UHGV virus genome: UHGV-0275551
Source: a virus
Reading direction: 5' to 3' (one strand)
DNA length: 64,000 nucleotides
Below are positions 25,653-35,115 of this stretch, piece after piece. Both the position numbers and the translations under genes were made by a program. The notes beneath the pieces were generated by a model. It saw only the letters and a program-made list of their open reading frames with translations. It did no database searches and had not been told where the DNA came from. Numbering within the stretch: the stretch's first letter is position 1; every line of letters begins with the position of its first letter.

Positions 25653-27434
25653 TTAAAGCTGCTTGTCAATATTATTTCGAATATCACCAAGAGTTGTGTA
25701 ACCGTACTGCTCAGAGTCGCTAAAGACTAAACGTAAAGCACAAGCTGGATGTTCAAGTGCATCTGCAAAGCTCTGGAATCCATAGCCATCTACAGCTTTC
25801 AAATTCTCACCATCCCACATAGGTGCTACACCACCAAAGGCAGATTTCTTAACACCACTATCTGTTTTAGGGTCTTTTGCAAGCATAATCTCTTTGCCAC
25901 CAATGCTTGCAAGAGTTGCTTTGACAGCAAATGCAAAGGTGTCACGAGTCATGTACTGGTAAGTGTAAGAGCCTACACCAAACACTACGTTAGAGCTTGC
26001 AAAACCCATTTCATACAGACGCTTCAGGATTTCGTTTGCACGTTCCAACGTGATAGAGTCACCATAGATAAGTCCAATGTGCTCATCCAGTACCTTAAAA
26101 CCTTTAGAGTTGATAGTTCCTCCAAAGATGTTATACAAGGTCTTAATAGCTCCATCAATCTCTGCTACAGGGCGTGTTACAACGTTTGCAGAACCAACCA
26201 TATAAGCGTTCTTCAACATCACTGTATCAGCAACTTCAAAGTCTTCTCTGTCAACAACCATTTCGTAGCCTTCTGACAGTAGCCATCCAGCAATACCATA
26301 GCTGATGTTTTCAAGCTTCATGTTCAGAACAGCATTCAGCATTGTGTCACTGGCTTCCAGATTGCTTAGGTGCTCATAATAAGCCTTTTTAGCACACTCT
26401 AAGTGGATTGCTTTATAACCTGTGACAATGTGTACAGGGTCTCCAGAGTCAGGACGAATTACCAGTTTGCCATCACGTTCCATAATTTCTTTACGGAGTG
26501 CTGGTAAGATTTCTGACACAGTTCTCCAGAAGTTATAAGTGTCTGAAACAACACTTGCAATACCAGTTGGATAAGTTTCTGTTAAGAAGCGACGGAAGGT
26601 TTGCAACTCACCTTTAAAGCGTCTTTCTTCTTCAACCAACTCATTACCACCTTCCCAAGCAATGTTTGCACACATTACAGAGTGTTCAGTGGCTGGTACA
26701 GAACCACCAATATCAGAGACTGGGTAAGACTGTCCGTAGATGCGTTTAGCTGTATATACAGCAGGGAAGCTATCAGTCCCTTTAAAGCTGGTTAAGTGGC
26801 CTACAGCGTTAAATGCGTCATCAGTAAAGCCGGACATACCACGCATAGCAAAGTCATGGCACTGATAAGGTAAATGTAAGTCATTGTCGCAAGTAAGGTC
26901 AGCCCACTTCTTACAGATGCGTTTATAATGCAATGCAATAGTTGCAATGGTACAAGCCTTCCAAATCTCAGCAGAGAAAGCATCTTCCAGATATCCCGCT
27001 ACCCAATGGAAACCTGAAACAGTGTTCTGGAAGACAATCATTGGTACACGCATAGGAACAACTGTACCTTCTTCTACAGCGTATACTTCAACTGGTAGAT
27101 AACCTAAGTCGTGAAGTGCTTCCCAATGCTCTCGACCGATAGCATCTTTACCCAGAACACCATTCATGACTTCTAAGATTTCATCAATGGCTTCTTTTTT
27201 ATCACGTTCAAAGAAAGTGGCGTTCCAGTGGTCTATCAAGTAATCTTTAACGAAACGTTGAATACCAAAAGCTACTACACCATCAATTGCTAAGGGGCTG
27301 TTAAACCACTTATCACTACGTGGTGTCAGGTTCAACATAAGATATTGCGTAGCATCTGGATACTGATATATATGTGATGCCTTGTAAGCATCTGCATTAA
27401 GACCTGCTGGTACTGCGTAAAGTGACTTACTCAT
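25653..27434 (-). CDS. nicotinamide phosphoribosyltransferase family protein (NAMPT-like; possible Namat-type)
   Basis: N-terminal DAYKASHIYQYP (TDSYK-like) and C-terminal GDSIT...VVFGVGSYTYQY match NAMPT family motifs. Confidence 0.8.
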   Translation of the reverse strand: MSKSLYAVPAGLNADAYKASHIYQYPDATQYLMLNLTPRSDKWFNSPLAIDGVVAFGIQRFVKDYLIDHWNATFFERDKKEAIDEILEVMNGVLGKDAIGREHWEALHDLGYLPVEVYAVEEGTVVPMRVPMIVFQNTVSGFHWVAGYLEDAFSAEIWKACTIATIALHYKRICKKWADLTCDNDLHLPYQCHDFAMRGMSGFTDDAFNAVGHLTSFKGTDSFPAVYTAKRIYGQSYPVSDIGGSVPATEHSVMCANIAWEGGNELVEEERRFKGELQTFRRFLTETYPTGIASVVSDTYNFWRTVSEILPALRKEIMERDGKLVIRPDSGDPVHIVTGYKAIHLECAKKAYYEHLSNLEASDTMLNAVLNMKLENISYGIAGWLLSEGYEMVVDREDFEVADTVMLKNAYMVGSANVVTRPVAEIDGAIKTLYNIFGGTINSKGFKVLDEHIGLIYGDSITLERANEILKRLYEMGFASSNVVFGVGSYTYQYMTRDTFAFAVKATLASIGGKEIMLAKDPKTDSGVKKSAFGGVAPMWDGENLKAVDGYGFQSFADALEHPACALRLVFSDSEQYGYTTLGDIRNNIDKQL

Positions 27435-27450
27435 ATTTTATCTCTCTCTC

Positions 27451-27942
27451 TTAGTTATGTCTTGCAAACTCACCATGAAGTTCTATTCGCTTTTTAATTA
27501 CAGCTTCTTTTGCTTCTTCTACCGTTTTAAATCTTCCACAAAAGTATTCTTTATGGTAAAGCATGACTCTTGCTTTGTAAAGACCTGTTTGTTTACAAAA
27601 ACTTACACCCTTCACACCAGTTTTATTATTCTTGTATATACCCCTATTCCTCTGATTTTGTGACTTTGTGCTAAGTCTTAAATTATCCAACTTATTATTA
27701 GATTTATCAAGGTCTATGTGGTCTATCTCATATCCACTTGGTATCTCACCTCCAGACATAATCCATGCAATATTATGTGCATAGTACCTCTTCTTATTTA
27801 TCTGGACTTGGATATAACCCTTCTTAGACCTTGTGCCAGCCACATTACCAGCAATAGCGGTACTGCAAAGGGTTACTCTCCAAATTAATAAACCTGTATC
27901 TGGTTCATATATTAGGTATCTTTCAAAATAACCCTTATTCAT
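27451..27942 (-). CDS. HNH homing endonuclease with C-terminal AP2-like DNA-binding domain
   Basis: EIDHIDLDKSNNKLDNLRL...QNQRN HNH motif; C-terminal GV..RV...GK..FKTVEEA; paralog at 50517-51029. Confidence 0.7.
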   Translation of the reverse strand: MNKGYFERYLIYEPDTGLLIWRVTLCSTAIAGNVAGTRSKKGYIQVQINKKRYYAHNIAWIMSGGEIPSGYEIDHIDLDKSNNKLDNLRLSTKSQNQRNRGIYKNNKTGVKGVSFCKQTGLYKARVMLYHKEYFCGRFKTVEEAKEAVIKKRIELHGEFARHN

Positions 27943-27950
27943 ACTGTTAC

Positions 27951-28832
27951 CTAATCAATGGTTGCTACAGTAACTTGACCATAATGTGTTAAGCCACGGT
28001 CTTTAGCTTCCCCTAAAGAGTTTGTAGTGTAGATGTGGTCAATGCCATTGTCAAGAAGGTTTTCAACATCTTTAGAGAAGATACCGTGTGTTACATAGAG
28101 TTCCACACGTTTTGCACCTGCTTCACGAAGATGTTTAGCTGCTTCTATGAAGGTTCGACCACCATCACAGATATCATCCAGAATCATGACGGTTTTATCT
28201 GTCAAATCAACATCATCAAGGATTCGCATACCAGTAATTTCACCAGTCTTAAGGTTGCGTACTTTAGACATTGTGATATATGGTTTATCCACCTCTTTAG
28301 CAGTCTCTGCAATCTTCTTAGCAGCACCTGCATCTGGGGCTACTAAGTAATCAATCAGTGGGTCATTTGCATAGTGGACTGCAATTTCCTTTTGAGGAAT
28401 ACTCTGGAAGCAGTTAAACAGGTTATCTGGTACATAGCTGTGAGGGTCAACTGCACAGACTGCACCAAATCTCATTGCATTTACCTGTTTAGCAAAAACC
28501 TTTAAAGCTGCTGCGTCGCCTTTAAACATGTGACGGTCATAACGTGCATTTGGTAAGTAGTAAAAGATGACAGTCTTTAAAGCATAATCATGAGGAATTA
28601 AATCATCAATTGCTTCTTTAGCAAGTGCCACAGCAAACAATGTATCCTTATCATAACCTTTTACAATCATAATCACATTGTTGATGGATGATGCTGCATA
28701 AGCAGTGAAATCAACAAACTCTGGCGAAAAGTGTCCACCAATCTCACCAGAAGGAAATTGGATGATGTTAAACTCTTCTTCATGAGTTCCTTTAGTTGGT
28801 GAATGAACTGTAACACGGATAGATGTTTTCAT
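27951..28832 (-). CDS. ribose-phosphate pyrophosphokinase family protein (PRS-like; possible Adps-type)
   Basis: PRPP-binding loop VMILDDICDGGRTF; track start is TTG 28847, ATG 28832 has SD GAGAGAGA. Confidence 0.8.
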   Translation of the reverse strand: MKTSIRVTVHSPTKGTHEEEFNIIQFPSGEIGGHFSPEFVDFTAYAASSINNVIMIVKGYDKDTLFAVALAKEAIDDLIPHDYALKTVIFYYLPNARYDRHMFKGDAAALKVFAKQVNAMRFGAVCAVDPHSYVPDNLFNCFQSIPQKEIAVHYANDPLIDYLVAPDAGAAKKIAETAKEVDKPYITMSKVRNLKTGEITGMRILDDVDLTDKTVMILDDICDGGRTFIEAAKHLREAGAKRVELYVTHGIFSKDVENLLDNGIDHIYTTNSLGEAKDRGLTHYGQVTVATID

Positions 28833-28843
28833 AGTTTTCTCTC

Positions 28844-29122
28844 TCAATCAAAAGTTACGTTTGTTACTGCCATTGCAGATTTGCATTTTGCAGGGTCTAC
28901 AACGTGATAAAGTACACTACAGTTACCTGTACTGTCTGGTACAGGTTTAACCCATTGTTGCTTGACAGTTGGTTCGCCTAAGTCTTTGTAAGAACCATCT
29001 GTAAAATTGTTTACCATCTCAAGTGCAATTGGTTCTGGAACATGACCACGTATCATGTACATCTCACAACCATTACCACCTTCACTCACTAATGGTAAAA
29101 TTTCCCACTTCTCTTTAGCCAT
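28844..29122 (-). CDS. hypothetical protein
   Basis: 92-aa ORF. Confidence 0.5.
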   Translation of the reverse strand: MAKEKWEILPLVSEGGNGCEMYMIRGHVPEPIALEMVNNFTDGSYKDLGEPTVKQQWVKPVPDSTGNCSVLYHVVDPAKCKSAMAVTNVTFD

Positions 29123-29630
29123 TGTAAGTTGCCCTATAAACTGTCTCGAACTTCAACAGGAGAGATATTGCCAAATCTGTATAGTTGTTGTCAAGCACCT
29201 CTGGCATATTATTTTTGATATATTTCTCTTGCTCTTCATAGGTCATCTTAGGTGTGCTTAGAAGGTTATCCCCTTGCTTCTGGTTATCAGCTTTAGTTTG
29301 GATAAACCAGTTCGCACAGTGATGTTCACCACCTTTTGTAACAGGTTTGTGGTGGCCTAGTGTAAATGTTTGCTTACCCGTATACCTGCAAAGATTGTTC
29401 AGTGTTGCAATGGTGTTCTTCACAACACACCATTCATACAGGTTATCTATTGTGTAGTGTGGGTAATAACGGACAAGTGCTCTTTCACGGAAGTTATCAC
29501 GATTCCAAAGAACCATGTGATTCGAGTTAGAAGGGTCGTATTGGTGGGAGTCAATGAACTCTTGACGTTCCTCAAAGCTGAGTCTTAGAACTGACATTGC
29601 AGCAGAACGTTTCAGATTTGACAGGTACAT
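29115..29630 (-). CDS. putative HNH-family nuclease
   Basis: LGHHKPVTKGGEHHCANWFIQTKADNQ resembles an HNH core. Confidence 0.4.
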   Translation of the reverse strand: MYLSNLKRSAAMSVLRLSFEERQEFIDSHQYDPSNSNHMVLWNRDNFRERALVRYYPHYTIDNLYEWCVVKNTIATLNNLCRYTGKQTFTLGHHKPVTKGGEHHCANWFIQTKADNQKQGDNLLSTPKMTYEEQEKYIKNNMPEVLDNNYTDLAISLLLKFETVYRATYNG

Positions 29631-29640
29631 ACTATCTCCA

Positions 29641-29670
29641 AAATAAAAAGGGAACCTTTACAGTTCCCTT
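29641..29670 (-). terminator. rho-independent terminator
   Basis: Minus-strand AGGGAAC-uguaaag-GUUCCCU followed by UUUUUAUUUU. Confidence 0.65.
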
Positions 29671-29681
29671 ATAGTATCTGC

Positions 29682-30002
29682 TTACTGAGCTACTTTCAAG
29701 ATTCTTGTGAATGGAATTTCACTTTCTTCCATTAACTCTTTAGTTTCTTTGGTAACTTTCACAAAGTTATCTAGGCAGATAATCTTCTTATCTTTCTTAC
29801 TATAGGTTAATTTAACCTTTTCAATATCTTTCTCAGAGCTTTTCTCTTCATTGAAGAGTTTTACAGCCTCTTTGAATGGGAGATATGAGCCATCATTATC
29901 ACTAATGAATCCTGTACCACAATAGTAGGAGTTATGCTATCTAGCCATAAACTGGCACAGTAAGAAAATCTGTAATTTACGAGTGTTATAAACTTTGCTC
30001 AT
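29682..30002 (-). pseudogene. small ORF (about 106 codons) interrupted by an in-frame TAG at 29937-29939
   Basis: ATG at 30002, 2 nt after the upstream stop, SD AGAAGG; 21 codons, TAG, then 85 stop-free codons in the same frame ending at 29682 just before a terminator. Confidence 0.3.
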
Positions 30003-30004
30003 GA

Positions 30005-30271
30005 CTATTTAGCCTTCTTATTACGTTTACGGTTACGAGCTTTCTTAGCTGCTCGTTTAATAGCTGCTGCACCAGACGGACGGTGGGCTTGTTTCTTACC
30101 ACCTTTGCCACGGCCTACATAGATGTAAGGCTGCTGTTCAATTTGGCTTGTAAGAACCTGTGCAACCGCTGAAGCATCTACACCGACCTGCTTTCCAGTC
30201 ATAGAAACAATTGCTGCTGCTTTTGCCAGTGCCTTCAAGAATCCAGCTTTCATATTACCTAAAATTCCCAT
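30005..30271 (-). CDS. small basic protein (Lys/Arg-rich C-terminus)
   Basis: 88-aa ORF, SD GAGAGAGA. Confidence 0.45.
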   Translation of the reverse strand: MGILGNMKAGFLKALAKAAAIVSMTGKQVGVDASAVAQVLTSQIEQQPYIYVGRGKGGKKQAHRPSGAAAIKRAAKKARNRKRNKKAK

Positions 30272-30367
30272 TTTTAGTCTCTCTCATTAAAGTTTAATAC
30301 AGAACTTATGAAGTTCTTCTTCAGTGATACCAATTGGAGTTATACCTTAGTCCATTTGCCAGAATAA

Positions 30368-30853
30368 TCACTCTGCTCTCCACTGACAATCACCTTGCCA
30401 CCCATACTCTTTTCTCCAGAGGTTTTGGTTATCAGAACCACGATATGGTTTAACTGTTGGTTTAGATGAATCATACTTACCATCAATCACCACGTCAACA
30501 TATTTCATCACATCAAGGTGAATTTTTTCATGTAACTGAAAACCTGTCCAGAGCCAGATAGATTTTTCTGGGTAAACGGTTTTAATACGTTTGCATATGT
30601 TGGTAACCTCTTGAATGTTTCTATCATCCAGAGGTTCTCCACCAAGTATTGACAGCCCACTGATGGCATTATCATCCATTAACTTAATGATGCCATAAAG
30701 GTTTGCATAAGTGAACTCTTTACCAGCATTAAACTTCCAAGATTCCTTATTAAAGCAACCTTCACAGTGATGCTTACAACCAGCTACGAAGAGGCTTACA
30801 CGAACCCCTTCACCATTAGCTGTGTCAAATGGTCGAATCTCCATGTAATTCAT
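30368..30853 (-). CDS. nrdG: anaerobic ribonucleotide reductase activating protein (radical SAM)
   Basis: CKHHCEGC (CxxxCxxC) radical-SAM motif; size about 160 aa; near nrdD. Confidence 0.85.
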   Translation of the reverse strand: MNYMEIRPFDTANGEGVRVSLFVAGCKHHCEGCFNKESWKFNAGKEFTYANLYGIIKLMDDNAISGLSILGGEPLDDRNIQEVTNICKRIKTVYPEKSIWLWTGFQLHEKIHLDVMKYVDVVIDGKYDSSKPTVKPYRGSDNQNLWRKEYGWQGDCQWRAE

Positions 30854-30862
30854 CTAGTTACC

Positions 30863-31162
30863 TCACCAATACATATAAGTGTTCTTAGCGGCTTTCTTTG
30901 GAGACTTGCTATCAATATCAAAATCTTCATCTAAGAAGGATGTCTTAGAAAGCTGCCTTATTTGTGTTCTTGTAAGACGTTTAGTGGCCTTCTTAATCTC
31001 TCTACAAGGCTGGCTTGTGAAGTCGTAAGAGCCACCTTTTCTGGACATCATATCAGAATGGAAGTAGACATCTGAAGCATTTTCTCTGTTACGTACCTCA
31101 TTTCTCCACTCATAGAGTCCATGAACGTTCTTTAAACCTTTTCTTCGAATTGTTTTACTCAT
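30863..31162 (-). CDS. hypothetical protein
   Basis: 99-aa ORF. Confidence 0.5.
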   Translation of the reverse strand: MSKTIRRKGLKNVHGLYEWRNEVRNRENASDVYFHSDMMSRKGGSYDFTSQPCREIKKATKRLTRTQIRQLSKTSFLDEDFDIDSKSPKKAAKNTYMYW

Positions 31163-31554
31163 TCAAACACCACCTGACAAGGAACCTGTTTAGTAATAAA
31201 TTCTTCACAGTGTTCTTTAATGAAGTTTTGTAATGGCACACAGTCTTGTGCGCAAGTCATTAGCATAATGTACTCTGGATTCATGATATTTTCAAGACTG
31301 TAGAAGACAACATCACCAGATAGTTCGTGACCATCTTCTTCAGACCAAGTTCCAGTGACTACAGCTAATTTGTCAAGCAATTCATTAGGCAATGCTACAC
31401 CATCTTCTACAGAATCACTTAGAACATTGTCGCCGATATACAATGTGAAGACCGTGTGGAATGTTGAGTATCTTACATGATTCTTTTCACAAGAGCCACA
31501 CTCTGAGGCATAATCTTTAATCCACTCTAACTGTTTTTGGCTCAACTTAATCAT
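31159..31554 (-). CDS. hypothetical protein
   Basis: 131-aa ORF. Confidence 0.5.
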   Translation of the reverse strand: MIKLSQKQLEWIKDYASECGSCEKNHVRYSTFHTVFTLYIGDNVLSDSVEDGVALPNELLDKLAVVTGTWSEEDGHELSGDVVFYSLENIMNPEYIMLMTCAQDCVPLQNFIKEHCEEFITKQVPCQVVFE

Positions 31555-31751
31555 AATTTCACCTTAGTTGGTAATGCACTGAATGCTATGACTAAACCTA
31601 AAAATGGTTTGAAGCATGACCATAAATCCATCTGACCATGATATGAGAAACTCCATTGTGGGTCTGAAAAACCCCATACCATAACACTAACCCCAAAGAA
31701 GAAGACTAGAATATGGAGTATGTATATCAACGCTTTTGATATCTTAAACAT
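31551..31751 (-). CDS. small membrane protein
   Basis: 66 aa, hydrophobic. Confidence 0.4.
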   Translation of the reverse strand: MFKISKALIYILHILVFFFGVSVMVWGFSDPQWSFSYHGQMDLWSCFKPFLGLVIAFSALPTKVKL

Positions 31752-31915
31752 TTTAACTTACCTTTCAATTCACAATAAGAAAGTCCTAAAAAGAACCCTA
31801 GTAAGACAGAACCTATGAACAACCCAATAATACTCTCTGCCATATCTAACATCCAAATAAAAAGGTGATGTAAGTCTATCAAGACTCACACCACCATGTC
31901 AAGTTTTACATAAGG

Positions 31916-32473
31916 TTATTTTTTCTTACAATTGTCAAAATGATATCGAGTCATGTTACCAGCACCACCAGTCATACCACAATGAGGGCAAGTTTTCTTT
32001 TTCTTTGGCTTTTTTCCGGCTTCTGACATCTTCTTCCTTGTTTCTATAGACCTTTTACAACCTTTTGATTTTGTATTGCCTATTTGAGATTCTCCTAATC
32101 GTCTTCGATGTTCTTCAGTGAAAACCCTACCTTTATTCACAATAGATAAAGCTTTCGAGTTCAAAGCTCTTACCTTTTCATAGTCTCTGGATGATATTTT
32201 CCTATCTAGGCCATCATGAGCTAACCTGTTCCATGCAAACCATAACTTATGATTGTTTGGATACATCTTAACCAGTAATTTATGAGCTATATAATGCTCT
32301 CTAGGTGTAAGCAAAGCAATATTATCTCCACTAATTTTATCGCCACCTAGACATACCGGTATGATATGGTGTCTTTCATAACCCTTACCTTGACATTTGT
32401 AGTATGTAAGAGGCACACCCCTTTCAGAATGTGCCTTCTTAATAATTGCATTATATATTAGTTCGTAATTCAT
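31916..32473 (-). CDS. HNH homing endonuclease with NUMOD-like basic repeats
   Basis: HHIIPVCLGGDKISGDNIALLTPREH HNH core; track start 32524 overlaps nrdD, ATG at 32473 lies just after the nrdD stop. Confidence 0.7.
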   Translation of the reverse strand: MNYELIYNAIIKKAHSERGVPLTYYKCQGKGYERHHIIPVCLGGDKISGDNIALLTPREHYIAHKLLVKMYPNNHKLWFAWNRLAHDGLDRKISSRDYEKVRALNSKALSIVNKGRVFTEEHRRRLGESQIGNTKSKGCKRSIETRKKMSEAGKKPKKKKTCPHCGMTGGAGNMTRYHFDNCKKK

Positions 32474-32480
32474 TTGTATG

Positions 32481-34625
32481 CTACATAGAAACCCTATCCT
32501 TAATTTCTGCCATCTTAGCGTCATTCATTCGAGACTGACCTTTAATTTTTGTGAATGACAAGTACCCGCACACCCTGTTAATCACAGAGATATCATGTGA
32601 GTGACAAACTTCACATTCTTCAACATCAGCCTTTGGCCTGTTACCACAATGTTCACAGATTGCTAAGTCAAAGTTAAGTCCCTGATAGAAACCTTTCAAC
32701 ATACCTCTTGTAATACAACTTTTAAGTGCTGTTAAGTTTTCTGGGTTAGCTACTCTTACATACTGGATTCTACCGCCTCTACAGATATGGAAGAATGGCT
32801 CTTCTAAGTCCTGCTTCTCAAATGGTGAGATGTCTGCTGCAACATTCATATGGAAACTATTTGTAAAGTATTCCTTATCGGAAACACCTTTGATAACCCC
32901 AAACATATCTCTGAACTGTTTTAGCTGAGTCCCACATAGTGATTCTGCTGGAGTACCATAGACGGCATATAAGAAGCCATCTTCATTTTTAAACTCTTCG
33001 GTTTTCATGTTAATGTATGCCAGAACATCATATGCAAAACTATAGCTTCCAACTTCATGAAGTCGTTTACCTTCAGCAAGAACAGACAACTCATCAAGCG
33101 CAGTAACACCAAAAGAAGCTGTGAAGGACTTCACAATATCCCAACCAACCTTGTCAGTAGGTTTCTTAGTTCCTTTGTACAGACCACCTTGTGTGAACGC
33201 AAGAGGGTTAGAACTTGCTGGCATATTAGCAATCATTTCGTAGCGTTTCTTGTGGAAGCTGCGAATCATCTCTAGGTACTTATCAAGCTCTTTCCAGAAA
33301 TCTAAACCATTCTCTTTAGAATACTGGTAAATCATTGGTAAGTTCAAAGATACAGCACCAATGTTAGCACGACCAACGTAGAACTCTTCCCCATCCTCGT
33401 TAAGATATGGAGATAAGAAGGCTCTACAACCCATCGGCGAGATTACCTTGCCAGAACGCTCAAAAGCTTCTGCTACAGCACCATGACCAGATACACTTAA
33501 GAAATCTGGATACATCGCTTTAGAGCAACACTCTATAGCTTTACTGTACAGGTGGCCTTGACAGATATTCTCATTATGTCTCTTCTGGTCATAAATATAA
33601 ACCAGTTTAGGAAATACAACAGGTTTCTTGCTCTTACCTTGTCCATTCATACGAACATCTAGGAGAGTACTTGCAATCATATATTGCAGTCGGTTATCTT
33701 CATTAGACATATCTGAGTCAAGTAACCCGAATGTCAAAGTTGTAAATGCAAAATCCCCACGGCTACAAGGTACGGTATTTAGTTTCATTTCAAGTGACTG
33801 GAAACCTTGAGTTAGTTCAATCTGTAGCTGCTCCATGACATAATTATGGTAATGTTCTTTAGGAATACCATAAGATGCTGCTTTCTCAGCATGATAGCGT
33901 AGAGACTTCTTAGCATACGGTACAAGTACCTTATCAATCTCTGCTAAAGTAAAGCCACCAAATTGCTGTGCAGTTGCTGAAAGAACTACGTCACCAATAA
34001 CCTGTAAGGCCGACAGCACAGACTTTGGTTCACAATATTCGATGCCAGACATTTCAAAGCCACCTTTCAGGACTTTACCAATGTCAAACAGGCAACAGTT
34101 GATACCACCAAAGATTAGGTCTCTTAAATCATGGATATAGATAAACCCTTTTTCAATGGCTTCAAGTTCCTCTGGTGTTAAATGGTACTGTTTAAAGATT
34201 TCTTTAGTCAGATAACCACGAATAATTGAACCTTTTGTAGAAATTAAACTGCTGTCAAAGTTAGCATTCTCTCTGTCACCTAAGAAGAGTGTATCTTTGG
34301 TCTTCTGGTAGAGTTCATCCCAATTTTGAGCAACTTCTTTACGGTAATTTCTATATGTTGAGTAAGACTCATAAATCTCGTGATTAACTTCTGCCAAAGC
34401 ACCTTCAACAATACTGTGAATATCATTTACCGAGATAAGCAAATTATTCTGCTTAGCGGACTTTACCAGAATCCTCATAAATGCTGACTCAAGAGCTTGA
34501 GTAACATCTGGTGGAAGCTCTTTATAACCAACCCTATTAGCTGACTTTGTGACTGCTGCTAAAACTTTTTTGATATCAGGTTCTTCGAGTGAGCCATTCT
34601 TTTTAATAATCTGTACTTTGTTCAT
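32481..34625 (-). CDS. nrdD: anaerobic ribonucleoside-triphosphate reductase
   Basis: 714 aa; C-terminal Cys cluster and glycyl-radical motif RVCGYL; adjacent nrdG. Confidence 0.85.
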   Translation of the reverse strand: MNKVQIIKKNGSLEEPDIKKVLAAVTKSANRVGYKELPPDVTQALESAFMRILVKSAKQNNLLISVNDIHSIVEGALAEVNHEIYESYSTYRNYRKEVAQNWDELYQKTKDTLFLGDRENANFDSSLISTKGSIIRGYLTKEIFKQYHLTPEELEAIEKGFIYIHDLRDLIFGGINCCLFDIGKVLKGGFEMSGIEYCEPKSVLSALQVIGDVVLSATAQQFGGFTLAEIDKVLVPYAKKSLRYHAEKAASYGIPKEHYHNYVMEQLQIELTQGFQSLEMKLNTVPCSRGDFAFTTLTFGLLDSDMSNEDNRLQYMIASTLLDVRMNGQGKSKKPVVFPKLVYIYDQKRHNENICQGHLYSKAIECCSKAMYPDFLSVSGHGAVAEAFERSGKVISPMGCRAFLSPYLNEDGEEFYVGRANIGAVSLNLPMIYQYSKENGLDFWKELDKYLEMIRSFHKKRYEMIANMPASSNPLAFTQGGLYKGTKKPTDKVGWDIVKSFTASFGVTALDELSVLAEGKRLHEVGSYSFAYDVLAYINMKTEEFKNEDGFLYAVYGTPAESLCGTQLKQFRDMFGVIKGVSDKEYFTNSFHMNVAADISPFEKQDLEEPFFHICRGGRIQYVRVANPENLTALKSCITRGMLKGFYQGLNFDLAICEHCGNRPKADVEECEVCHSHDISVINRVCGYLSFTKIKGQSRMNDAKMAEIKDRVSM

Positions 34626-34641
34626 TATTGCCCCTTTACAT

Positions 34642-34672
34642 GCTAAAAAGGTCTCCGAAGAGACCCTTTCAT
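34642..34672. terminator. bidirectional-type intrinsic terminator hairpin
   Basis: AAAGGTCTC-cgaa-GAGACCCTTT, T-run on the minus side. Confidence 0.6.
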
Positions 34673-34673
34673 T

Positions 34674-34880
34674 TTAAATCTTTTTAGAAAACTTAGAAAC
34701 GAGTTTTCTCAGTTTTTCAGTGATGCCTAACTGTATCTCTAATATTTCAAAGATAACCCATAGTAACATGGCTCCAAACAATGAACCTTGTTCAAAATCA
34801 GTAAATAGGTTAACAACAAGCATACCAATCACAATGGCTGGTGCATCAACAACCAGACCTTCCCAAAGGCGTTTAAGCAT
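34674..34880 (-). CDS. small two-TM membrane protein
   Basis: 68 aa, two hydrophobic helices. Confidence 0.45.
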   Translation of the reverse strand: MLKRLWEGLVVDAPAIVIGMLVVNLFTDFEQGSLFGAMLLWVIFEILEIQLGITEKLRKLVSKFSKKI

Positions 34881-35115
34881 TATTCACCTCTGCCATAAAA
34901 TTCTGTAGCGTTCCAACAGGTTTTGGGTTTTGTCCATCAGTTTTCATGATGAATGGCATCTGACGAACTGGCATCTGTGCAATATCCATCAGGTCTGATA
35001 GTTCATAGTCCTGCCCTAACATTCTCACAACATGGTCAATACCACGAGCTTTTGCAAAATTCTTTGCAGTCTCACACTGAGGGCATCCAGTTTTGGAGTA
35101 AATTACATAAGTCAT
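34873..35115 (-). CDS. glutaredoxin / NrdH-like redoxin
   Basis: CPQC active-site motif near N-terminus; about 80 aa; adjacent to nrdB. Confidence 0.7.
   Translation of the reverse strand: MTYVIYSKTGCPQCETAKNFAKARGIDHVVRMLGQDYELSDLMDIAQMPVRQMPFIMKTDGQNPKPVGTLQNFMAEVNNA

Noticed and set aside
25749-26276. 175-aa plus-strand track ORF antisense to the NAMPT-like gene, and similar antisense ORFs inside nrdD, nrdA, the SSB, primase-helicase and DNA polymerase genes
   Set aside because: Each lies entirely within a well-supported gene on the opposite strand, has no ribosome-binding site and gives Cys/Ser/Leu-rich low-complexity translations
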